From Octopus sinensis (lineage: Eukaryota): 64,000 nucleotides of DNA. Positions 1 to 12,632 of this stretch are shown here, in pieces (positions within the stretch are counted from its first letter, which is position 1; every line of letters starts with the position of its first letter). The notes under the pieces are model-generated. The model was given only the letters and a program-made list of their open reading frames with translations. It made no database searches and was not told where the DNA came from. The stretch spans positions 69,626,001 through 69,690,000 of the forward strand of contig NC_043005.1 in the NCBI RefSeq assembly GCF_006345805.1. The letters run 5' to 3'. The position numbers and the translations under genes were made by a program.

Positions 1-526
1 AACAAAATCGGACAGCGAAATAGTAATAATACACTACCATGAATGACATCAGAATGAACGTTAACACAAAAAATAGTAGTGAATGTACCAGCAAATGCAA
101 TGACAACTGGTGTTAAGAAAAACACATAGAAATAGCAATATTCACAGCAACTATAAGGAAAAAACTGTAAAAACCGTTGCAAATGAGAGGGGAATATAAA
201 TTATTTAACTGTGGCATCAACATATCTAGGAATATGTCCAACATGCCACCAACGTCAGCAAAATCATTGACAGTAAAACTTTAACAAAGAGTCGACCTAT
301 ACAGGCAATCGTACTGGGACTAGTTCCACTGAAGTGGTTCGGACATGATAAACTATTTTTTCTTATTTTTCTTAGAACTGAAAAATGCTAAATATTTTGC
401 AAGCTGATTTGGCTGTTATGCATCTTTAAACAAATTGCAAAAGTTTCTGAACAAAGTAAATGAATGATTGTTAGACAGAGTCCAGGTACCTAGAGAAGCA
501 GAAGAAGCGACTCACTATTAAATTCA

Positions 527-761
527 AGGTGGCGATCTGGTAGAAACGTTAGCACACCGAGCGAAATACTTATTAGTAATTCGTCTGCCATTATGTTCTA
601 TGTTCAAATTCCGTCGAGGTCGACTTTGCCTTTAATCCTTTCGGGGTCTATAAATTAAGTACCAGTTACGCACTGGGATCGATGGTATCGAGTTAATTCC
701 ATTTGTCTGTCCTTGTTTGTCCCCTCTATGTTTAGCTCCTCATGAACAATAAAAAATAAGA
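527..761 (+). mobile_element. tRNA-head SINE with Nin/Deu-like domain (family A, tail type 1), full length, 12-bp TSD
   Basis: Head AAGGTGGCGATCTGGTAGAAACGTTAGC with box-B-like GTTCAAATTCC. Central GAGGTCGACTTTGCCTTTAATCCTTTCGGGGTC..AAATTAAGTACCAG. Tail TGTCCTTGTTTGTCCCCTCTATGTTTAG..AATAAA. Direct repeat ATTAAATTCAAG at 517-528 and 762-773. More than 10 similar copies in the window. Confidence 0.9.
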
Positions 762-1509
762 ATTAAATTCAAGACCTCAAAAACCAATCTGCGTCTCCAG
801 AATATATACAACACTAGTGTGAAAAAGATTCGGCTCAATGGAAGTAAGATTACCGATCGAAGAGGGGGCAAAAGCTCACTGTATATTACTCATGTAGTAT
901 AAGTTTAGTATAAGTTTTAATTCGAAATTTTCCAGTAGATTTATTTGTTGTGGCTATATCGTCAAGAAAACTAAATTACTGCAGCATTATTTCTTCCACT
1001 TTGGCATATTCACTTTCGTCGAGTTGATACATATAAACACCATCTTTCAGTAACAAGTATTTTACGTTTGCAATTGCATTAGCCACATACGTGATATGAA
1101 ACAGCTTCAATCGGAAATCGAACGCGGCTGGTGCTCGCCATAATTTATTTAAATTTATACGCAGACTAATGGTGAGTTATAAATATGCATTAGTCTTTTC
1201 GATTTTCCGTGAAATTGAATTATATCAAATACAGTAGGTGAAATATGTTCTGAATTCGAGCGAAAGTGATATGACTGTGTATTTCCTCACATATTTTTGG
1301 AGCGAAATAGAGATTATCGATCACCTTGCAGTGAAACGTCATATTGATTAACGTCGTTAGTTTCAATTCATAATTAATACCTATAGATACAAATTAATAA
1401 TATCAACATCTACTTAAATTTATTCTACTGTATTAAGGAAGAGCTTAGAACTTACGGATGTTTTGACATTAAAATGTGAAAAGTTTATGTATATATTAGT
1501 AGTATTCGT

Positions 1510-1640
1510 TTTAAGTTTTGGCACTAGGTCAGCAATTTCGAGGCAGGAGAAGTACGAATATATCGAGCTCAGGACTGAAGGCAAAGTCAACGTCTGTGGA
1601 ATTTCAACTCAAAACGCAAAGACGGATGAAACGTGGCTAT
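1510..1640 (-). mobile_element. degenerate SINE family A fragment (tail type 2)
   Basis: GAAGGCAAAGTCAACGTCTGTGGAATTTCAACTCA is the reverse complement of the family A core; TTTTGGCAC is a tail-2 remnant. Confidence 0.65.
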
Positions 1641-1664
1641 GCTATTTGCTCGATGACCTGACAC

Positions 1665-1900
1665 TTCTTATTTCATTATTGCCCACAAGGGGCTAAACAT
1701 AGAGAGGACAAACAAGGACATGCAAAGGGATTATGTCGATTACATCGACCCCAGTGCGTAACTGGTACTTTATATATCGACCCGAAAGTATGAACGGCAA
1801 AGTCGACCTCGGCGGAATTTGAACTCACAACGTAAGGGCAGACAAAATACCGCTAAGCATTTGGCCCGGCTTGCTAACGATTCTGCCAGCTCGCCGCCTT
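1665..1900 (-). mobile_element. SINE family A, tail type 1, full length
   Basis: Reverse complement of the 527-761 copy; ends GCCAGCTCGCCGCCTT. Confidence 0.9.
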
Positions 1901-1917
1901 AGACGTTGGTCACAATA

Positions 1918-2096
1918 GTTTCAAATTTTGGCACAAGGCCATCACTTTTGGGGTATGGGTAGCTGATTTTATCGGCCTCGAAACGATGAAAGACAAAGTC
2001 GACTTCAGCGAAATTTGAACGCTGAACGTAAAGACGGTTGATATGCTGCTAAGCATTTTGCTCGTCGTGCTCATGCTTCTACCGCTCACTGCTTTA
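1918..2096 (-). mobile_element. SINE family A, tail type 2
   Basis: TTTCAAATTTTGGCACAAGGCC tail, GATGAAAGACAAAGTCGACTTC core and a degenerate head. Confidence 0.8.
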
Positions 2097-3822
2097 AAGT
2101 TTCATAGTATTCCGATGGGTGAATGCACACCATATTGCTGAATCATTAGGATATCTTTCTTTTTTCTCTTTGAAGCGGTGAATAAGAACTTCCATGAACT
2201 GGATATCTCACTGGGTACAATAAATTATTTATAAATCATGTTGTTATGTTGTTGCGTTTCTCCTTCGAAACAACATATGTTTATTTGCAGCCCAAATATT
2301 ATTGTATAAACTGTAACATTATTGTAATAAATGTCCGCTCTAAAAACATGAAATATTCATGACAGGATGCCGATAAGACCAACATAAAAAATAAACATTT
2401 GCCCACTAGTCAACTCAACAATATCTCCTCTTTTTAAATTTTTATCTGGTACGGTATTTATGAAATGTATTCAAAATTTTTAAGATCATTTTCTCATTGA
2501 GACAATGTTACAAATGTGAGAAGGGCAACCAATATATTGTATCTATGCTGTTCTTAACGCAGCTTAAGCTGTTTCCTCCTCGTTCTCATTTTAATTCTGA
2601 TTACAGCTAATTAATAGTCTATGAAACCTAATTAACAGTCTTGATCAACATGTCAAATTTTATATCAAATATTGCATTTTCGATAATATATTGCATATGA
2701 CTAATATCGTATGGAAAGGTGGATCAGTCTATGGATCGATCTTCACTCATTCTGGCATATACAATGTGTAGATTCCCATTAGCTCATGAAATTGTTACTT
2801 TGGTTGACAAGGTTCAAATATGGATTACAATTTCAGTTCTAAACCTACTGAATACAAGAAATTCTCTTATATAGCAGACAAAGACATCTTTATTTCCACG
2901 AAGATCTCGTACATTGATTATATATTTACATTATTCCTACTTTCCTCTCGTAAAGATATAATACCTACATAGGTACAAAGTGGTGAGATGAGTGGTGTAA
3001 CGTTCCTGGGTTCGACGCTTTGAATTGGAATCATATAGGTATTTCAAAACCCTGGATGAGTAAAACAAGATATACATAGATTCTGTGACTTGTCGAAACC
3101 TATTGGTGTGGATATATCTATTCGGCACTTATGACACTAATTACCCGACCAAAGAACCAAGACTATAATACGATATTTTAGTAAGTAGACAAAAAGAAAA
3201 TGGTGATATGTTGTCTCTAAAAACAACAAACAATACAATGAAGGACAGTAAAAGCAAATCTTCCTCAACAACATTAGCGTATACGAGTATTGAAAATGCG
3301 ATGAATAAGCTTCAGCAGCCAACAAAATTTACCGACAGTAATTGCAACTTAATATATCAAGAATTTCTTCCCTGTATCCATTACCATTTGACATTGCATA
3401 CGATAATATTAGACAAGCGTACGCCTGTACAAATTTAAACTCATTTCTCAATTTAATACAATTCCACGAGCAAAATTATATATGTATACATATATTTATA
3501 CACATACAAACACGTTTGTTCATATATAAATGGATATAAATGATTGAGCTATAGTAATATACAGACTACTGAAACTACAACTAAAGTATTACTATAATAT
3601 CTTTGAGCGGAGCGCAAAATAAATAAAAAACGGTTACACCGAAGCTCTCTTACCAAGCGTGTCAGTGCCATATACAATACAAATATTCATCCGGAAGTAC
3701 ATAAAATAAGATAAAGCATGATATACTTTTAATGTGCCAAACCAAATTCGTATTGTGCGTGATATTTATCTTATATACCAAAGAATACATGCATATAAAA
3801 ATATATGCATTCATACATTCGT

Positions 3823-3890
3823 ACATACATACATACATACATACATACATACATACATACATACATACATACATACATACATACATACAT
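3823..3890. repeat. (TACA)n microsatellite
   Basis: Perfect tetranucleotide run. Confidence 0.95.
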
Positions 3891-5086
3891 GCATACATAG
3901 AAATAGAAAGCGAGGGAAAATATAATGTGTATATGTGTGTATATAGGTATATGTATATAAATTTATTGCAGAAAATAAAATCGCCTCGTCCTCCCTTGTT
4001 CTCTACTACATTTCATTGTTTTATTGCATTTCATCTTGTTTAATTTAATTTTATTTTATTTCATCCACATCTTTCATCTTCCCGACTTTTCCCACTAACA
4101 AGCATTATTCTGTTTTCTTAGTATACATACGTGCAAATACACACACACATACACACACACACACACCACACACACACACAAGCAGCGTTATACACAAATT
4201 TATAGACAGATAGCGAGTGAGAAAGAGAGCCGGAGATACAGATTTGCTGACAACCCTCCCTGTTCTTGCTTAAACAGTGACTGAATCAAAATCGAAAGCA
4301 GTATGCAACCGGCACGATCATTCGCCTAAAATTATCTTGAATGGAGTTCGACGAATGGCACGCATATAGATATTCATTAATGGTTGTTTGTGTCTGTGTG
4401 GCTACTTGACATCTCAATGTAAATCTATGCAGACATTGAAGAAATAGTTTAAACATAAATACGCATCACTCTTTCTATATGCTGAACAGAAAAATAAACA
4501 ATATGTTAATCCCACGTCAGTATTAAGTCGATTATAAACTAAAATACGTCAAATAAATGTATTTTATGGTGTTTCTTCCTTCTGTCATAAATCTCATGTA
4601 AAATGTCATCTAATGTCAGTAATACGTTACCAGTGTCATAGAACATGTACTGCACTTCTAGATTCTTCATAAACATCTTGCAGACACTGCAATTTTTTTC
4701 AGTACAAATAATCTCGGCATTGTGTGATACGCAATTACAAAATACAAAAGATACAGTCATACTTACACTCGAGTGTATAATATACATAAACGCACACAGA
4801 AACGCAAACACAAACACAAAGACACACAAACAAATACACATACACATACAGACACACATATATATAGCTATCTTTGCATGCTTCTAAATGCAAATACATA
4901 ACGTATTTAATGCATAAGTGGTTATATGTATGGATATGTGTGTTTATATGTATATACATGTATATATACATATGTATATGCATATCATTATCATATATTA
5001 TATGAAATTCGTTCTGCCTGTCTCTGTGTGTGTCTCCTAGGATCTCTGGTTTCATCCATCCGATTACGTTCAAATTTGATATAGAG

Positions 5087-5324
5087 ATACCTATTTCTTT
5101 ACTACCCACAAGGGACTAAACACAGAAAGAACAAACAAGGACGGATAAACGGATCAAATCGATTATATTGACCCCAGTGCGTAACTGGTACTTATTTAAT
5201 CGACCCCGTTAGAATGAAAGGCAGAGTCAGCCTCGGCGGAATTTGAACTCAGAACTTAGCGGCAGACGAAATACGGCTACGCATTTCGCCAGGCGTGCTA
5301 ACGTTTCTGCCTGCTCGCCGCCTT
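5087..5324 (-). mobile_element. SINE family A, tail type 1, full length
   Basis: GACCCCAGTGCGTAACTGGTACTTATTTAATCGACCCC..GGAATTTGAACTCAGAAC..GCTCGCCGCC. Confidence 0.9.
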
Positions 5325-5665
5325 TTATATGATATTTATATTTGATATGTAGATACCGATGGTATCAGGGCGTGTATAATTCTTTTTAAAAATTACAAAA
5401 ATCAATACCAAGTGAAAATGCGAACGATAAAGCGGTGGTAACGTGCATTTGTACTCGCAAGTATATCAGTCGAAATCCGTCTTTTGTTGGTGTCTCAAAT
5501 TCAGGTTAAATCAGTGTTTCTCAAAGGAGAGGCCTAAGGGACGATCGGACAAGTTGTTTTCAGAAAATTTGGTTTAAATGTTTGCCAACTTAGTTCCGTC
5601 CATTGGACGAGGGGCGTGTTGCTCGTATATATATATATATATATAATTGCTTACCGTCCACATCA

Positions 5666-5830
5666 TCCTTGTGAGTGGATTTGGTATGCGGAAACTGAAA
5701 GGAAACTGTTGTATATATAACTACGTGTGTGTGTGTGTGTATGTGTCTGAGTGTGTATTTGTGTCTGTGTCTGTCTTTCAACTCCGCTTGACAATTGATT
5801 TTGATGTTTAGGTAACCGTAACGTAGCAGT
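5666..5830 (+). mobile_element. SINE family B internal fragment (carries a (TA)/(TG) tract)
   Basis: CCTTGTGAGTGGATTTGGTATGCGGAAACTGAAAG matches the reverse complement of about 43010-43047. Confidence 0.7.
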
Positions 5831-6876
5831 TCGTCATGTTAACTGAAACTAGAATTTATTGGAAGTAATCTAGAACAGATTGCAGAAATTGACAACAAAA
5901 TTAAAGCATACTACTTCTAGAGAAAATTAGTGTACTGGTGAGATTGTTTAATTACCAGATTTTGTATTTACTATTATACACCAAATGCTGAAAATGTGTT
6001 TCTTCAGGTGAACTTTTATCAGCAGATGTGTGAGGTCCGTCTGAAGCTTTAGTGGATTCTATGTGCACCAGTTCTTAGGTCTTTGTCTGGGCAGTCATAT
6101 TCTGGTACACCATCTAGAAAATAAGGGAGAATTGTGAGGCAAGTTTTCAGTACTTGTTAGGCAATTCTAGGCATTAAGGGTCATGCAGTTGAAACCTTTA
6201 GGAAACTGAATCTCGCGCCATAACGTTAACAATCCATAAGTTTGTGCAAAGAGACTTCGGAACATTGGTTCATTTTTTTTATTAGTGACAATTAATGTAC
6301 CTAGCTAACTTATGATTCTTCGTATCCCTAGCATATAACATTCGGTATCTCACACTGATCACTATCGTATTATACGCAGGAAGTTTTTTTATACACCGGA
6401 ATATACGGTTTCTCTCTAAACGTGCTGATTACTGCAGTTGACATGAAGCGCAGAATAACAAATTAATTTAATATTCGATATTCGCAAACTCATTGTACCG
6501 TTTTTAATTAATTGTAGCTTTCTATTCCTGTTCGGAAGTGACCTTTGTTTGCGAATCATTGAATAAATATTGTTTTCATATTTGTAATTTGAAATGATTC
6601 TTTTCTAAATAAAATTTCTATTTTTAAGTGCTTTGTTTAATTCCACAACAACGGTCATGCGAAACCTATGGCAAAACATGCAAGTGAGGTTATTGCTAAA
6701 ACCTTATCGTCATTTTGAAACTCATTAAAAAGCGATACTTTTATTTATTGCAAAAGCAATTACGATCATCATGCGTTCACACACACACACACACACACAC
6801 ATACACATGCCCACACCCATGCACACACGTTTGGTCGCATATATATATATACACACATACGTTCGTATGCATATAA

Positions 6877-6882
<6 letters not shown>

Positions 6883-6943
<61 letters not shown>
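6883..6943. repeat. (TA)n microsatellite
   Basis: Perfect dinucleotide run. Confidence 0.95.
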
Positions 6944-6947
<4 letters not shown>

Positions 6948-7114
6948 GATATTATTGTACTTTGATAATATCAGTGGGTCAGCATGCGTAAAAATCTATG
7001 ACGGTAAAAAAAAAATATCAATTACTAATTAAGGTTCGAAACGTGTGGTTTGGTCATCTTCACTGCTATATCTTTCATGGTGGTCCTGCTTGTTAGTACT
7101 CTCAATTATTAACT

Positions 7115-7147
<33 letters not shown>

Positions 7148-9805
7148 CACATATTTCACAAGCGGACGGTCCGTCAGAAGATATTTTTCGTAGATTTCTT
7201 TCTAATATTTCTGAGACTAAATTTTGCTTCATGTTTCTCTGTGAGCTAAAGCACGCTGAACAAAATTTTTAGCTGCATATCGTCCATTTTTACTTAGTGA
7301 AATACTAAAAAAATATACCCCTTAACGTTCAACAAAGTAAAGAGTAAAAAAGAATCATTTGATAATGTTTTAAAAACGAACAAATGATAAAACTGTTTCA
7401 CGGTGGAATTGATTTTCTTATCAATTTGAGTTGTCACGAGGGATTGAAGTCTAAATAAGAAACTGATTATAAGATTTTTGAACTTCCGTAAAAAGAAACA
7501 ATAATTACGGTTTGTATAGTATTGCAACAGAATTCAGATTAAGTTGCAGTCCGTTCCATAGTATTCGTAGTTGAGGATAAATATATTCATAATTTTGCCT
7601 GTTATTAACTTACATATTTATCTGAATGTATCTGTTGCAGCTCAATGAATAATGGATTCCTTACGTGTGTGAGTAGACATGCATTTTTATTAGGTGCAAA
7701 TAACGTAGAGTTGAGGAAATTATACCGGAGAAGACATTACAAACACAGAAACAAATATAAGTATCCAGCATTTATAAGTGAAAACAAGCATCTGTGTTTC
7801 AATCTGTAATCTAATCGTGACCGAATGAAACTCTTGTGGTGATATATAAATGAAATAACACGTTGCTCTACACACCGCCATATATTACACATGTTCGAAC
7901 ACCATTCATAGTGTTTCTGTTATTAAGACAAAAGACAATGTCTCTAACAATCATTTCATAGCTGAACAGGAGTTTTAAAAAAATGAATCGGTGCTACATC
8001 ATTAGCAAATCTATCTTAGTTAAATGAAATATATAATAAATAACATTTCTAGAAATATATATAAGTATATACAGATCATATATAAATAGCATGTAAAGCA
8101 AATACACAAATGTAATAAATATATACTGTAAAATACATCTGCTGTATATGATAGATTCTTAATTTGTGTTTCAAGATTCATACACACGCACCATACATGC
8201 TCATACATATATTTCCATACATCGGGATAGGGAACAGCTTCTTTTGTAACCTTCATAACGACTCCATGATGTTTATCTGCACGCTTATTTGGTATCGGCG
8301 GCAATTTTTGAAAAAAATGAATTCATCAAATACAATATAAAATTATTTTGGACACATGTGGTGACGTAAATGTATCATAGAAAATTTTGATTATATAATC
8401 ATGACCCTAAATTGAACTGTCTAGCATTTTCAAATTTCTAGTTACAATTATTCTATATTCAATTAATATATACTCATTACCTATGAAATAAAATTGTGGT
8501 GCGAGCATACACACTCACACACATACATACATATATGTGTACACAGTCACTTATATGTATTAATCAGTATATGAATTCACAGAGTTAGTAACAATTTGGT
8601 AGAATTATTAATCGTTAGACCATTAAGACCAAATAATATCGATATATTTCGCACATCATGAAAAATCGCGGTGACGTATTATATTGTGTTTGTCCTAAAT
8701 TTCTAAATCCTACATGCTTATGTACGAATTCCTTTAGATTCATAACCTGAAAGAGAAATTTGAACTATTGGAAGACTTAATTATTGTTAATTGTGAGAAA
8801 CAAAATGTAGCTGGATGGTCCTGGTCAATTGCATATTGGTTTAGAAATAATGCTTAAGGAATGGAATAAAGATGGAATGTTCGATCGAGCTCATTGGCTT
8901 TCTCGGAAGCTTTAGAGGCATGTTCCGCATTTCATGCAATTTCTGGTTTATTTGTAGATTATGCCCGGAATTGCTTCTTTTATTTGAGATTGCCCTACAT
9001 TCAGTTGCATATAAGTTACGCAATCGCGTATAAATTCTGTTCTTTTAACTAACTATCAATTTTGCGATATGTTTATCATCGGCGTCCCAAAAAGAATTAA
9101 GATTTCAGTAGATTCATAATGAACTTCTTGTTTTCGCTCTGCTTCTGAAATATACATTGTAGTTACTAATAACAAAAGTTACACATAACAAAAGAGTATT
9201 TAACATGAGCTACTTCAAAATTAATTACAGCTGTACCCATAAAAGAAAAAGCATTATTAGCACACGGGCTAAGGGAACTAACAAAAACTAGCAGCATGGA
9301 GTAAAGTGACATCACCTGACCATTTAGAAATATATGCAATAAAAAATTATCGCTATCTAAAAACTAAACACAACTCAACCTCCAAATAGATAGTGTAGAA
9401 TAAAATTGTCGATTCACACCTGATGTTTAAACGATGTACAACGGTGAATCGAATATTTATTGGAACAATATTCAGGGAAATAAAGTATAGGAAAATGATT
9501 CAAACGGACAGCCGTAAAGATGCTAATCTTGATTAACGAGAATAATTCTCAATCTTTTCTAAATATAGCTTTATGCTCGGAAGTGTGTATGTATGTATCT
9601 ATATATGTACCCATATCCACACCATATGCCACACACATATACGTACACACATGCACACACACACACTCACACACACTCAAATACACATGCTCTTTCTCTG
9701 ACACACACACACATGCACACGTATATATCATACTTTCTCTCTCTCTCACTCTCTTTATATATTATATATATATATATATAATATATATATATATAATATA
9801 TATAT

Positions 9806-10267
9806 AAAACATTATTGGTGAATTGAAGAAATGGAGCTGAACGCAGATTGAACAGAAATCGTTTTATTTCATTCTACACGTGTTTCGAAAGGCACAAATT
9901 ACCAAAATCCGATTGAATAATGGGACCATATTGTGTCTTTCTCTTCAGGAAGAAAAAAGGAAATCCGTTGGAAAAACAAAAACAGAACAGAGGCGGAGCA
10001 AAAAACAAATCGAACTGTGCTCCTAAGAGCCCATGTCGAAACACGTGTAGAATGAAATAAAACGATTTCTGTTCAATCTGCGTTCAGCTCCATTTCTTCA
10101 ATTCACCAATAATGTTTTAATTTCAATTATCCGCACCAACGCACGGTTGCAACGCCAGATGGTTGTACCTCCAACCGTGCTGTTTACTGCTGTGATTTTT
10201 GCTACTAAGGTATCGGTTAAACTGTTGATTAATCTACTACAAGATTATTCATCTTTCTATTTCACAT

Positions 10268-10268
<1 letters not shown>
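9806..10268. mobile_element. mini fold-back Penelope-like pseudo-LTR unit inserted in (TA)n
   Basis: Perfect 83-bp inverted repeat (9806-9888 vs 10036-10118), a ~150-nt unpaired tail to 10268, an HHR in the left part, and (TA)n on both sides. Confidence 0.8.
9867..9955 (-). ncRNA. type I hammerhead ribozyme (canonical core, palindromic stem III)
   Basis: Minus strand: TTCTTC-CTGAAGA-GAAAGACACAA..TTGTGCCTTTC-GAAA-CACGTG-TA-GAATGAAA. Stem II pairs 10/11 bp, stem III is the palindrome ACACGTGT, cleavage triplet GUA. Confidence 0.8.
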
Positions 10269-10301
<33 letters not shown>

Positions 10302-10808
10302 ATATTATATATATATATGTAACTCACTCTTACATACAAGCGATTTGTATTTGTAGGAGAGTCTGTGCACCATAATTTACATTGCTATGTTTAGCATAGA
10401 TTATATAGATACAAAGACATAAACGGCTATCTCATGAAATTCATTAGCTTACATCTGTTTCTGCTATACAATGCAGTTGAATCACAGCTCAGCGTTGAAG
10501 TAGCCTTTATCAGAGCCTCAAAATTGACATGCAATTTATTTCGGAAAATAATTACAGTTCTGTTTATATATAGAAAAAAGTATTATCCAAGAGAAAGTAA
10601 ACGCAAATCGGGGCGATGAAAACCAAGGGATCCTCCCATAAATGGAATAAGATTAATTTTAAGATGTGAATAAAGTTGGGTTTATGAAGAGTTATAGAAA
10701 GTTTGCTTAGATCTAACAGTATAACAGTAAATGTACACACAAACATATATACACATATACATATATAATCCATACCAATAGCAGCACATGTACTGACAGA
10801 TAACACAT

Positions 10809-10811
<3 letters not shown>

Positions 10812-10865
<54 letters not shown>
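10812..10865. repeat. (CA)n microsatellite
   Basis: Perfect run. Confidence 0.95.
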
Positions 10866-10869
<4 letters not shown>

Positions 10870-11345
10870 ATACACAGCTTTTAGGGTTTTGTAAAAACTC
10901 ATGTAGTCGCTAGTGTCAGTGCTAAGTTGAGTCCTTGTTGGCAAGTCCTTCCGGCTCTCACTTCGGATCTCACGAGCTTTGCACTCTATATTGCACAAAT
11001 AAGCTAGACGGATGCATTCTTTCCAGGGCAATACGGGTCCGTAAGATGAGTCCGGTGTGCACGTAGTTTCTGGAACTCTTGTTTATTTTCATCGAAGCAG
11101 ATCTTGTGTTTTCGTAAAGAAACCGAATACCTCCTCCAAGGTTTCCTATGATAGCTGTTTACATGTGTTCCCGGAGCACTTCAGTGGGAAGTGGGGCGGT
11201 TGTGGGGAAACTGGTCTCTTCGAACTTTAACTGGATGTTTTCCCGGAAAATAGTTTTCAGTTCACATGACAGCAGTATCTCACCTTTTGACGCCACTTCC
11301 CCCACATTTGTGCTCCATTACTCTCGGCCCTGTGTTTGAAGTCGG
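10866..11345 (-). mobile_element. RTE-BovB-like LINE fragment (EN-RT linker), inverted relative to 11346-11940
   Basis: Minus-strand translation FDENKQE..KAREIRSE..DLPTRTQLSTDTSDYMSFYKTLKAVY resembles the RTE-BovB linker WFDEN..LREM..W..Q..AD..D...FY.ALKAVYGP. Confidence 0.7.
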
Positions 11346-11940
11346 TTAACGAAAATAAACTCCCTCTATCAAGCTACACATCAACAAGAATACCACCCAA
11401 CAACACCGTTAATGAGGAGACTGAACTAAAGACAGTTCACTTATCTAAAATGCATAATCTCATCCGATGCCAAAATCGGCAAAGAAGTTATAAATGAATA
11501 GCTAAGTTAAACAGTATATTCGGGAGATGTTAGGAAACAGTCTTGACTATTAAACATTTCAAGAAAGGGAATAAGGTTAGTGTATACAGAGCTGTCGTTC
11601 GGACCACCCACTTGCAGCCTCAGAGTCGTGGGTCGTCCTTTTGGCACTCCCTGTAGCCTTTATAGGGGTGAGACTTCGAATTATTTTCTACAACAACTAA
11701 GATTCCTTGGGTGACACCATCAATAATGCCTCCGAAAAGTCCTCAGCATCCACTGGACCTGTAGATCAGATGATGTTCACCAGCATTAAAGCATCTCTGG
11801 AGAAGACACAGCAAAACTGGGCAGGAGACATTGCTAAGATGGGGTATCATTGATTTCTGAAAATCACTCTATATGACGAGAACGTCTTTGGTAACCGTAA
11901 ATGAGAAAAACCAAATAAGAGGAACCTTCGACACTCAAAA
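11346..11940 (+). mobile_element. RTE-BovB-like LINE 3' fragment, decayed
   Basis: Broken frames give ETELKTV..FTYLKCIISSDAKIGKEV..IAKLNSIFGR..KVSVYRAVV.TT..ESWV and a WAGDI (WAGHV-like) motif. Confidence 0.75.
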
Positions 11941-11984
11941 CTTTTATATGTTGTCTGTATAATCCTTTCTAGTAAATACTCATG

Positions 11985-12178
11985 GTCTGCAATTTTGTGG
12001 GAAAGGAGGAACTGATTACATCAACTCCAATGCTTCACTGGTACTTAATTAATCGACCCAGAAAGGATGAAAGGCAAAGTCGACCTCGGCAGTATTTGAA
12101 ATCAGAACGTACTGATTGACAAAATGCTGCTAAGTATTCTGCCTGGCTTACTTAACGATTCTACAGGCTCGCCGCTTT
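11985..12178 (-). mobile_element. SINE family A, tail type 2
   Basis: CTGGTACTTAATTAATCGACCCAGAAAGGATGAAAGGCAAAGTCGACCTCGGC..GCTCGCCGC. Confidence 0.85.
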
Positions 12179-12632
12179 ATATTTGTATAATGATGCATCA
12201 TACTCTCTAATCATCACACTTCGGCAATGTTGTGACATAAACAGGTTGCTTACCACGATGGCATTATGATTATAAGTCTACATAACATTTAACAATGTAT
12301 TGTGAACGTATCCAGGGTATATTATATGTGCGTGTTATAAATGCGTATATATATATATATATATTTGTACATGAAAATTAAAATATACTTCGTACAGAAA
12401 CTTGTTTAAATGAACCACATTAAGTGTAGGGAAATTCTAAATGAAAGTTTGTATTGTGATAAGTATGTAAGAACCTACGTTGGAGATTTTACCGTTATAT
12501 TTCTTGGCGTATGGACTATGTTGTACATTGATTAGTAATAAACTATACTCATATATTCCTGCTGGGAAACAAAAATTGACCATAACAGAAATTGGCGTAC
12601 TTTGAACACAGGGTGTGTGTATGTGTACGTGT

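Noticed and set aside
1-350. LKWFGH motif suggesting an RTE LINE 3' remnant (similarly weak LINE hints at 6090-6240, 39420-39720 and 62640-62800)
   Set aside because: Too degraded to assign by eye.
1051-1171. Possible exon (TTTCAG acceptor, ATG/GTGAGT donor)
   Set aside because: Stops in all three frames and no partner exons; a non-coding exon cannot be supported without RNA data.
7030-7066. Hammerhead at TCGAAACGTGT..GGTCATCTTCAC
   Set aside because: The two half-motifs lie on opposite strands, so no complete fold is possible.
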